From Candidatus Electronema aureum (GTDB lineage Bacteria > Desulfobacterota > Desulfobulbia > Desulfobulbales > Desulfobulbaceae): a DNA stretch of 32,000 nucleotides. This document shows, one piece after another, positions 1-7,323 of the stretch; the stretch's first letter is position 1, and every line of letters starts with the position of its first letter. The DNA lies in NCBI GenBank assembly GCA_004284765.1, contig NQJD01000030.1:1-32000 (forward strand), given 5' to 3'. The notes under the pieces were generated by a model that made no database searches, was not told the DNA's origin, and saw only the letters and a program-made list of their open reading frames with translations. Made by a program: the position numbers and the translations under genes.

Positions 1-3
1 CTT

Positions 4-376
4 TCATAAGAACGGCGTTTGGCTGGCGGGCATTCGCCCTCTGAAAACTGAGACCAAGTCGGAAGTCAACTTTTTCAATATTATATTGTTTTTAATGGTA
101 AATTCAATGTGTTTTTTAGGGAGCCGTCCGCTTTGCCACTCATGGTTCACCATTACCGATAATCTCCCGCCAGTTGTCAATGCTGGCAAGCAGCTCGGCA
201 TCAATATTTTTTATTCGGTTTAAGGCTTCACCGATGATTTCAAATTGCCGCTCGACCGCAGATTGCGTTTTTATATCCGCTGCATATTCGGATTCGACCA
301 TGTTTTCAGTGAACTGCAAAATCAGCCGACAGGCATTGGCGGCATCTTCAAGGCAGACGGCAGGATCATGAGGCAT
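4..376 (-). pseudogene. hepT: HepT-like HEPN (DUF86) toxin of an MntA/HepT pair, apparently disrupted at the catalytic motif
   Basis: ORF 140..376 has a normal HepT-like N-terminal and central part (..AVERQFEIIGEALNRI..DNWREIIG). It stops exactly where the Rx4-6H motif should begin. The C-terminal remainder (MVNHEW..HIEFTIKNNIILKKL) continues in a different frame (ORF 4..204), and no Arg is left in front of the His. There is an 11-nt overlap with the upstream mntA stop region, as is typical for this operon type. Confidence 0.55.
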
Positions 377-662
377 AAACAGTCTTTATGTTTGAAAAGA
401 TGTATTCTTTGATGCGGCTGTTTTTGAGGGATTTTGGCATAACAAGATCAACTGGACGAGAGAACAGCTCTTCCAGCTCAAACTTCACGTTCATATATCT
501 TTTGATTCCATCTACTGCACCCTCAAGCTCGATGAGGAAATCAACATCGCTGCTCTCGTTAAAATGCTCAGTGAGTGCGCTGCCAAAAATGCTCAGACTT
601 TTAACCCTATATTTCTGGCAGATACTGATAATTTTCCGCTGATAATTTTCGATATCTAGCAT
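366..662 (-). CDS. mntA: MntA-type minimal nucleotidyltransferase (antitoxin partner of HepT)
   Basis: Pol-beta-fold NTase signature FGSALTEHFNESSDVDFLIE (GS..DxD). About 98 aa from the ATG at 662; the track start at 677 is a TTG. Sits directly upstream of and overlapping the HEPN gene. Confidence 0.8.
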   Translation of the reverse strand: MLDIENYQRKIISICQKYRVKSLSIFGSALTEHFNESSDVDFLIELEGAVDGIKRYMNVKFELEELFSRPVDLVMPKSLKNSRIKEYIFSNIKTVYAS

Positions 663-799
663 GTTGTTATCTTGCAAAAGGCGCTTGATTGCCGCGCCAT
701 AAAGATCATGATTTGTTTGACACGGCAGACATCAGCTTGCAACTGCAAACGGCCCGTTACCGATGCGGTAATAGGGCAGGTTCGCCCGCCCTTGGAGGA

Positions 800-1054
800 T
801 TATACGTTGACTCCTCTACTCCACAGCTCAAATTCACTGAGATCAATTGCATCGTTCCAAGAGACAGCCGAGCCTCCCTGTTCCACGCGGACAGATTTGA
901 AGAAGGCAGAGTTTTTCAATGGCGCAAACATCTCCTTTTTAAGCAAGGGAGTTACGTCATATTGTCTCTTTTCGTTATTATCAAACTCAACGATCAGGAT
1001 ATGATTGTCAGTCGCCTTGACTGAGCGCACTTTCGGGCAGTTCATAGCAATCAT
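800..1054 (-). CDS. DUF2442-like small protein
   Basis: 84 aa. The pattern ..V..A.....L.VEF.NGE.R..D..PLL....F.PL....F..V.V..GG.AV.W...IDL is what I recognise as DUF2442. Its ATG overlaps the TGA of the upstream gene (ATGA at 1051..1054). Confidence 0.65.
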   Translation of the reverse strand: MIAMNCPKVRSVKATDNHILIVEFDNNEKRQYDVTPLLKKEMFAPLKNSAFFKSVRVEQGGSAVSWNDAIDLSEFELWSRGVNV

Positions 1055-1299
1055 GCCAATGGTGGAAGTTTAAGAAATTGCTGCTCGTTCCACATGTTCA
1101 TAAGTTCTTTTTGATGAAGATTTGCCCATTCAACAACTAATTTCTCCGCTCTGCTCGGTAAATCACCTTCAATCATCTCAAGTGTTTCCATGTTGAATAA
1201 TCCGAGATATTCACCATACACGGCATGGAAGTGCGGCGGCGGATGGTCGCCAAAAAATAATTTGATGACAATGCCGTAGAATCGAGCAATTTCAGGCAT
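1051..1299 (-). CDS. DUF4160-like small protein
   Basis: 82 aa. The N-terminus MPEIARFYGIVIKLFFGDHPPPHFHAVYGEY is the characteristic DUF4160 start (..F.GI.I.my..DH.PPHFHa.Y.e). ATG at 1299 with AAAGGAA 7 nt upstream. Confidence 0.7.
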   Translation of the reverse strand: MPEIARFYGIVIKLFFGDHPPPHFHAVYGEYLGLFNMETLEMIEGDLPSRAEKLVVEWANLHQKELMNMWNEQQFLKLPPLA

Positions 1300-1448
1300 G
1301 ACGTATTCCTTTAACTTTCCTCGGATGCTCTTGCCGGACTGTCAGCCCAGTTAATTTCTGTGCTCGGAGCAGCAGCCCCCTGCTGCTTTAGCAGAATAAA
1401 ACGGTTCATTTTTCTCTGCTCTTTTCCTACTTGTTTGAGACAAGCACA

Positions 1449-2726
1449 TCATCCTTTCTTCAAGTTGCATATCCTATGACAGAGTTTTGCATTTTCAGGA
1501 ATAGTTTTTCCTCCAATCCAATAACGTGTATCATGGTCCAGTACAGCATCATCAATAAGAACGATCTTGTTCCCGCAAAGGGCGCATGTCGGATCAGCTT
1601 CAAAAATTTCCTTCTTGAGTTTTTTAGAGAAAGTTCGCTTAGTATCCTGCGACTGACTCTGAGACATTATCTCATCGAGTCTTTCGTACCACGTTTTAAA
1701 CGTATATGTCAGTCGAGTTGATTCGCCAGTTGCGCGTCTTATTCTGTCCACCCAAACCGCATCAGATTTAATCAAATCTAAATATCCTTCATATATACTG
1801 TCTGCTTTTTGAGTGATCTGCCCCAGATCATATTTTACAAACGAAGTTGCTACAACTTGAAAAATTGCCGCATTCGGCTTGCGTGACCATTCTCCAAAGC
1901 TGTATTTTCCTGGCTTTGTAATATCACTCTTTAGCCGGAAAGCATTCTCTCCAAAAACAGTCAGGCATCCTCGCATAGATTTTTCAAATACTGCTCGATA
2001 CTCTGACACCTTTGATTCAGGAGCATTTTTATAAGTTTCCAAAAATTCATTCAGAAAACTTTTAAGACCTGCTGTGCATTTCAAGTAAGTCCGTTCATAA
2101 AATGCGAGAAAACGCAAAACAAATGCTCTGTCCTGCATACGTTTGCCAAAATTTTTTTGATTTATCGTCCTGATGAAATTAGAATTCTCGCTTAATTCCT
2201 TGATGCACTCGTTAAGTGTCCCCCGAAATATACAATTTCTTACTTCCATATCGTTTAGCTTGATACCCCCTGTATTCAACCTTTGGAATACGATAAAATG
2301 AATATCACTATCACTATCACAAAGCTCAAACGAACGTAATATAGAGTCTTCAATCTTGTTTTGAATCTCAACCGGAAGATCAGAAAATAATTTTCCGTGA
2401 TACTCTTTTAATCTATCAAGTTTTTGCAGATTATATTTACCGTCTAAATAATTAAAAACGGAAGTGAGCCGCTGTAATCCATCAATAACTTCATATTTTC
2501 CGTTATCATTCTTTGCTAAATAAATCACCGGAACAGGTATATCAAGCAAGAAAGACTCGATAAGCCTTGATGCTCTTACATTATCCCAGACATAATTTCG
2601 CTGCCATTCTGGGTCAATAATTAGTCTTCCATTCTTATACCATCGATGTAGCCTCAAAGAGGCTTCTGTCTGCCTTCTCAAGGATAACTTTCTTGAATCT
2701 CGAAATTGGATTAAGTTCTCCTTCAT
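1449..2726 (-). CDS. DUF262 (ParB-like/GmrSD N-terminal domain) fused to a C-terminal HNH nuclease; type IV-restriction-like or defence nuclease
   Basis: N-terminal IDPEWQRNYVWD ... VIDGLQRLTS matches the (Q/F)QR..vW and DGQQR motifs of DUF262. C-terminal CALCGNKIVLIDDAVLDHDTRYWIGGKTIPENAKLCHRICNLKKG is an HNH (CxxC..DH..N..CHxxCN) finger. GAAGGA lies 4 nt upstream of the ATG. Confidence 0.8.
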   Translation of the reverse strand: MKENLIQFRDSRKLSLRRQTEASLRLHRWYKNGRLIIDPEWQRNYVWDNVRASRLIESFLLDIPVPVIYLAKNDNGKYEVIDGLQRLTSVFNYLDGKYNLQKLDRLKEYHGKLFSDLPVEIQNKIEDSILRSFELCDSDSDIHFIVFQRLNTGGIKLNDMEVRNCIFRGTLNECIKELSENSNFIRTINQKNFGKRMQDRAFVLRFLAFYERTYLKCTAGLKSFLNEFLETYKNAPESKVSEYRAVFEKSMRGCLTVFGENAFRLKSDITKPGKYSFGEWSRKPNAAIFQVVATSFVKYDLGQITQKADSIYEGYLDLIKSDAVWVDRIRRATGESTRLTYTFKTWYERLDEIMSQSQSQDTKRTFSKKLKKEIFEADPTCALCGNKIVLIDDAVLDHDTRYWIGGKTIPENAKLCHRICNLKKG

Positions 2727-3264
2727 CCATTCCTTCTGCTATATCGCTGTCGTCACCTTCTTGATCAGCGCATTGTTCTTCTTGATCAAAAACCAATTCG
2801 TATTCATTCAGATTTCCGTTTTTGTTCATAGTGCCCACCATGTTGTTGAATATTTCTTGTTAAGATATAAGCTAAACCAGCAGGTTTATCTCCTCACATA
2901 CGCATCATTGGCGACAATCACCCTGCGCCCAGCCAGCCGCTCATGATGATGCCCACAGAGCCGACATGAAACAACCCGCCCACCTCGTTGTAGGCGGGTG
3001 CTTGATACGGACAACAGTATCTACATGCGGTATCCTTATTCTCAAGGGTACCCACTTGGGGTGCCTTGCAGTATTCCAGATAGCGCAGAAGCCACCCAGG
3101 CCGGAGATTATCTACTCACAACCTGATGCAGCTCATCCTAAAGAGCTGTGCAGGCTTTGTCAAGGAAATGCTTGGGGTTGCTTGTCACAATGAAGGCGGC
3201 GCGGCGAAAGGATGGCAGGGGATGCGGGGCTGATGTCTTCGGCCACAGTGCGTGTGTTGTAGGG

Positions 3265-3298
3265 GGGCGGACACCTCTGTGGCCGCCCTTTTGACTTT
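3265..3298 (+). terminator. Intrinsic-terminator-like hairpin plus T tract with no annotated plus-strand gene upstream
   Basis: GGGCGGACAC (3265-3274) / CTCT loop / GTGGCCGCCC (3279-3288) pairs at 9 of 10 positions and is followed by TTTTGACTTT. An alternative pairing GGCCACAG (3241-3248) with CTGTGGCC (3277-3284) competes with it. On the minus strand (downstream of the FNT gene) no U tract follows. Confidence 0.35.
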
Positions 3299-3314
3299 CC
3301 TGCCCCAGCAGCAA

Positions 3315-4124
3315 TCAGGCTTTCCGCCTGCTGTTGCGGAGGTAAGCGACCCAATACACTGCGCCGACCTGCACTGCACCACCAACGATGTTGCCTGCGG
3401 TTGACATGATGATGTTAGTCATGCAGCCAAAGACAGAGATCGCGCCATGGTCATCCAAGATCAGGCCAAAGGGTAGGAAAAACCAGTTCGCAATAGAATG
3501 CTCAAAGCCAATGGCGACAAAGGCGGCTACCGGCAAGAAGATTGCCATGATCTTGTCAATCACGCTACGACCACCCATTGCTAACCAGACCGCTAGGCAG
3601 ACCAGCGCGTTACAGAGCATCCCCCGGAGAAAAGCCTCGCAGAGGGTGAGATTAGCCTTGTTCGCCGCAATCTTCACGGCGGTTGCCCCTACTGCCCCAC
3701 CGTTGATGTCAGCAATTCCAGCCAGCACCACCAGCACCACGGTGAGGACTGCACCGATTACGTTACCAAGATAGGAGTAGAACCAGTTCCGCAGCACACT
3801 GTGGGCGCTAATCTGACCACTGGCCCAAGCCATAGTGAGCAGGTTATTGCCCGTGAACAGCTCTGCCCCACCCACCACCACCAGAATCAGCCCCAGGCTA
3901 AAGCTCAGGCCACCCAGCAAACGGGTCGGGCCGAAACCGAGGGTAGAGTCGGTTATCACCACCGTGAAGAAGAGCGAGCCAAGGGCGATGAAGGCCCCGG
4001 CCAGCATCGCCAGTACCAGCAAGGTCAGGGTGTCAGCATGGGCTTTTCTCACCCCCATGCTTTCGACCTTACGGGCAATGTCGTCCGGCGAGTAGGCATC
4101 GCCTAAGCCTTGTGCGGTTCTCAT
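3315..4124 (-). CDS. Formate/nitrite transporter (FNT) family channel (FocA/NirC/HSC type; substrate not assignable)
   Basis: 269 aa polytopic membrane protein with FNT-typical GAELFTGNNLL and FEHSIANWFF segments. Strong SD (AGGAGGAGG) in front of the ATG at 4124. Confidence 0.85.
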   Translation of the reverse strand: MRTAQGLGDAYSPDDIARKVESMGVRKAHADTLTLLVLAMLAGAFIALGSLFFTVVITDSTLGFGPTRLLGGLSFSLGLILVVVGGAELFTGNNLLTMAWASGQISAHSVLRNWFYSYLGNVIGAVLTVVLVVLAGIADINGGAVGATAVKIAANKANLTLCEAFLRGMLCNALVCLAVWLAMGGRSVIDKIMAIFLPVAAFVAIGFEHSIANWFFLPFGLILDDHGAISVFGCMTNIIMSTAGNIVGGAVQVGAVYWVAYLRNSRRKA

Positions 4125-4377
4125 GAATCCTCCTCCTTGTTGAGTTATCCCCTGCCGCTGGGCGGCTCTGATTCACTTCAGTTGCTGCCGCAATTCAGTT
4201 TCAATGATACTGCAAGCAATAGCAAAGAGGAAGGGCTTCTTGAATGGGTTGCGTGCTGCGCTCTCGACTGCATGCTGCCTTGTTCTCATAGGAAACAGAC
4301 AACTCTGCATGGGCATCGGATAATCCACGGCAGCCGCAACCAAACAGTAGAGAGTAGAGAGGCAGGAAGGATCACTT

Positions 4378-4884
4378 TTATTTATTCTCCAGCAGCTTCT
4401 TCAGCTTTCGCTTGTACATGTCCTGCTTGAGTCGGCTGATGCGGTCAATAAACAAAGTGCCGTGCAGATGATCCACCTCATGCTGAATGATGCGGGCAAA
4501 GCGATCTTCCGCGATGAAATCTAACTGCTTGCCCTCCACATCTTGACCAGTGACGCGGATTTTTTTGAAACGCTCCACCTTGGCATCATACTCCAGCACA
4601 CTCAAACAGCCTTCTTTGCCGCTCTCGCAGCCTTCGCCTTCAGAAATCACCGGGTTGATCAGCACAAGGTATTTCTTCTCATTGTCTTGGGTCGAAATGT
4701 CGATCACCGCAATTTGACGAGCAATGCCGATCTGGTTGCCTGCTAAACCGACCCCTTGCTCTTCATACATGGTGTCAGCCATATCTTTGGCTAATTGCCG
4801 CAGTTCTGCATTGAATCCGGTGATCTTTGCTGCCTGCTCGCGCAGTACAGGATGTGGGTGGGTGAGTATCTTTCTGAGAGCCAT
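4378..4884 (-). CDS. def: Peptide deformylase
   Basis: All three Def motifs are present: GVGLAGNQIG, EGCLSV, QHEVDHLHG. Confidence 0.95.
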   Translation of the reverse strand: MALRKILTHPHPVLREQAAKITGFNAELRQLAKDMADTMYEEQGVGLAGNQIGIARQIAVIDISTQDNEKKYLVLINPVISEGEGCESGKEGCLSVLEYDAKVERFKKIRVTGQDVEGKQLDFIAEDRFARIIQHEVDHLHGTLFIDRISRLKQDMYKRKLKKLLENK

Positions 4885-4908
4885 TGTCGGAGCGTGAAGT
4901 TGTAAGGG

Positions 4909-5637
4909 TTAAGGCAGCGGGTCAAGGTTGTGCAGGGCATTCTGAACTAAGGCAGCAGCGACGATGGACGCGGTTTCGGCCCGCAGTATCCGAGGACCAA
5001 GAGAGACCGTTGTGAAACCAGATGCTTGAGCGTGTTCCACTTCGTCGATATGAAAGCCGCCTTCTGGTCCGATCAACAGGGTTACGGGCTGTCCTGCTGT
5101 CAAACCAAGCGCGGCAAAAGGGCAGGTGGTTTCGTTCTCCCACGGCATAATTTTGCGGCTTACAGCGGGAAAGGTCAGCTCATGCAAAGGTTGCGGCAAA
5201 CTGATCTGCATCGGCACAGGTCGCCCGCACTGTTTGCAGGCTTCGAGCATGATCCGCTGCCAGCGTTGGAGCAGCTGACTGTCCTTGCCCTGCGGCTCGC
5301 AGTAGCGAGTGATAACTGGCACAAAGCTGTGAACGCCCAGTTCTGTGGCTTTCTGGACGACCGTATCCATCTTTTTGCCTTTGTTGAGCAGAGCTTGCAC
5401 CAACGTCAGCGGGCTACAGCTCTCCTGCTCTTGGCGGCGGGAAAGAATGCGAAAGGACACGCTGTTTGCGCTGATTTGTTCAATTTCACCACAAATCAAG
5501 CTACCTGCGCCGTCATACAGCTCCGCCTTTGCACCAACGTGCATCCGTAGCACAGTCTTGAGATGATGCGCCTCGGCACCGGTGATCAGGACATACTCGG
5601 TAGTATCTTGGGCTGGGTTATAAAAAAAACGTCGCAT
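4909..5637 (-). CDS. rsmE: 16S rRNA (uracil1498-N3)-methyltransferase RsmE
   Basis: MRRFFY start typical of RsmE, a PUA-like N-terminus, and the C-terminal SPOUT motif LLIGPEGGF..EV. I prefer the ATG at 5637 over the track start at 5718, which adds 27 non-conserved residues. Confidence 0.85.
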   Translation of the reverse strand: MRRFFYNPAQDTTEYVLITGAEAHHLKTVLRMHVGAKAELYDGAGSLICGEIEQISANSVSFRILSRRQEQESCSPLTLVQALLNKGKKMDTVVQKATELGVHSFVPVITRYCEPQGKDSQLLQRWQRIMLEACKQCGRPVPMQISLPQPLHELTFPAVSRKIMPWENETTCPFAALGLTAGQPVTLLIGPEGGFHIDEVEHAQASGFTTVSLGPRILRAETASIVAAALVQNALHNLDPLP

Positions 5638-5724
5638 GATGCAGGGCTTAGGTTGTGCGGAGGAGTCGATAAGGCTGGGTGGGCGATGAGCTTCAAATCC
5701 GTTAATGGTGGAGAACAAAACAGG

Positions 5725-5759
5725 AAAACCCAGCCAACTTATTCAGTTGAATGGGTTTT
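5725..5759 (-). terminator. Two-tier hairpin downstream of tRNA-Phe
   Basis: AAAACCCA (5725-5732) pairs with TGGGTTTT (5752-5759), and an inner CAACT/AGTTG stem lies between them. On the minus strand it follows the tRNA 3' end. The U run is part of the stem, so terminator function is uncertain. Confidence 0.3.
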
Positions 5760-5779
5760 GAATTGGCAGGCTATAAAAA

Positions 5780-5855
<76 letters not shown>

Positions 5856-5896
5856 ACACGATACATACAGAATGTGTCGAAAGAATATACCGCAAT

Positions 5897-6865
5897 TCAG
5901 CGTTCTCTGTCAATCTCTTTTATTTCTTTTTTTCCGCCGCCACCCAGCAAGTCACCGAGATCAACGTTGAAATCATCAAGTGCTGTACCCGTTTTTGCCG
6001 CAGGCCGCATTTTCTTACCTGCTGCGCTGGCCGCAGGCGGCAGAATCGGCGTACTGAGATCAAGCCCGTCCATCGACAAGTCGGGTAACGCGTCTGTTGC
6101 CTGCGCTTTTTCTTTTTTGCCCCCACCAGCCTTCTTTTTTGGGCTTTCTTCCCCTTCTAAACTCAATTCACCGATACCACTGAAGGAAAAATCTGTCTTC
6201 TGCTCCTCAGCCTCTGGTGGCATCAGGCCGGAGAGGTCAAGTCCACTCAGGTCGAGTGACGGCTCTTTTGCAGGTTTTGCAGGAGCTTTTTCCTTTTTTT
6301 CAGCAGGAGGTTTGGTCGTTTTTTCTAACTTTGGCTCAGGAGCTGCGGCCCCAGCATCGTCATCAAGATCAAAATCCAAGCTATCCAAACCCAAGTCTGA
6401 ACCGCTCGTATCTTCCATCGACAAATTCAGACCGCTTTCTTCTTTGTCTTTTTTCTTGGAGAGATCAAGCGTACTCATGGGCTTTTTTGCCTCTTCTTCG
6501 ACTCCACCTGAGAGGTCAAATTCTATCTCTTTGCTTTCCTCCTCAGCCGGAGCTTCAAGCTCAATGCCGTCTGCATCGGCGGCAAACTCTACTGTATTGT
6601 CCGCATCAGCCGCTTCTTCCACTTCGGTTTCTGCATCCATATCAAAACCGATGTCGTCACTTTCTGCTTCGGCGTTATCGTCTTCATCAGGCGTTTCTTC
6701 CTCTGGTTCCTCTTCTTCAGGCTTCTCGAACCAGAGAAAATCAGGAACTACACTCCGCATCACCACGCCGGAAAGCTCTTGGGAGAATTTCGTGATATTC
6801 TTTTTGCATCCCCCACATATTTCTTCTTTGTCAAAAGAAATGTAGCCGCATTTAGGACAACGCAT
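5897..6865 (-). CDS. Zinc-ribbon protein with a long acidic, low-complexity (disordered) tail
   Basis: Starts MRCPKCGYISFDKEEICGGCKKNI (CxxC-N12-CxxC) from the ATG at 6865; the track start at 6901 is a TTG. The following ~300 aa are rich in E/D/K/P/G with recurring (L/G)(D/N)LS motifs. The antisense 338-aa Ser-rich ORF is its mirror image. Confidence 0.6.
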   Translation of the reverse strand: MRCPKCGYISFDKEEICGGCKKNITKFSQELSGVVMRSVVPDFLWFEKPEEEEPEEETPDEDDNAEAESDDIGFDMDAETEVEEAADADNTVEFAADADGIELEAPAEEESKEIEFDLSGGVEEEAKKPMSTLDLSKKKDKEESGLNLSMEDTSGSDLGLDSLDFDLDDDAGAAAPEPKLEKTTKPPAEKKEKAPAKPAKEPSLDLSGLDLSGLMPPEAEEQKTDFSFSGIGELSLEGEESPKKKAGGGKKEKAQATDALPDLSMDGLDLSTPILPPAASAAGKKMRPAAKTGTALDDFNVDLGDLLGGGGKKEIKEIDRER

Positions 6866-7193
6866 AATCTTGATCTGGCGGTGAAAATTAAACAAAAACA
6901 AGAGGCTGTCTCATGCGACCACAAGGCGGGCCGAAGCTGCGCAGCCGGAGAATTGAACAATATCCTTAACTGCCATCATTTCACAGAGAAGGAGGACTGT
7001 CAACAGCATTTTTTGTCCATCGGTATCGTTGACTGCTCTTTTGAGTCGGATTTACGCGGAGAATCTGCATTCAGGTTGAACGGCATTTTTCAGGGCTGAT
7101 ACCGGTTGACAACGCCCTCTTTTTCTGAACGGCGCGAAAATAGGCATTTTCCTCGGAATGACAAAAAAATACCACCGGTAGCATGTTTTCCAC

Positions 7194-7223
7194 TTGAGCT
7201 GGCACAATATGTTGTGCTATAAG
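7194..7223 (+). promoter_or_regulatory. Sigma70-type promoter of nrdJ overlapped by an NrdR-box-like palindrome
   Basis: TTGAGC (7194-7199), an 18-nt spacer, then TATAAG (7218-7223). The spacer contains CACAATATGTTGTG (7203-7216), which resembles the NrdR box consensus (acaCwAtATaTwGtgt). Confidence 0.5.
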
Positions 7224-7323
7224 ATTGGCACAACCGCCTGCGGGACAAGCCTGCCGCCAGCGTTCAGCAGAGCCGGATTCGTGGCCGAAAACAACTGATT
7301 TACAGCTCAAGGGAAAAAGAGAG

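Noticed and set aside
672-1024. Two ~110-aa plus-strand ORFs opposite the DUF2442 gene and the mntA upstream region
   Set aside because: No motifs. They are antisense to a recognisable small gene in AT-rich DNA where long random ORFs are less constrained by stops in this frame.
1368-1387. Hairpin AGCAGCAG-CCCC-CTGCTGCT downstream of the DUF262-HNH gene
   Set aside because: It has an 8-bp GC-rich stem, but there is no U tract in the minus-strand (gene) orientation and only TT on the plus strand. That is insufficient to call a terminator.
2966-3193. 75-aa plus-strand ORF in the islet-border non-coding block
   Set aside because: No SD, no motif and Cys/Gly-rich odd composition. I retain it only as part of the possible sRNA/relic region.
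7225-7323. 33-codon N-terminal extension of nrdJ in the ORF track
   Set aside because: The sequence (MAQPPAGQACRQRSAEPDSW..) overlaps the predicted promoter and 5' UTR. The conserved NrdJ N-terminus begins after the ATGs at 7324/7336, which follow a purine-rich SD.
7224-7323. Possible cobalamin riboswitch in the nrdJ leader
   Set aside because: I looked for a B12 box (AGYCMGGAGACCKGCC-like) and the conserved GGTG..CCACTG core and found neither. B12 riboswitches are also expected upstream of B12-independent isozymes, not nrdJ.
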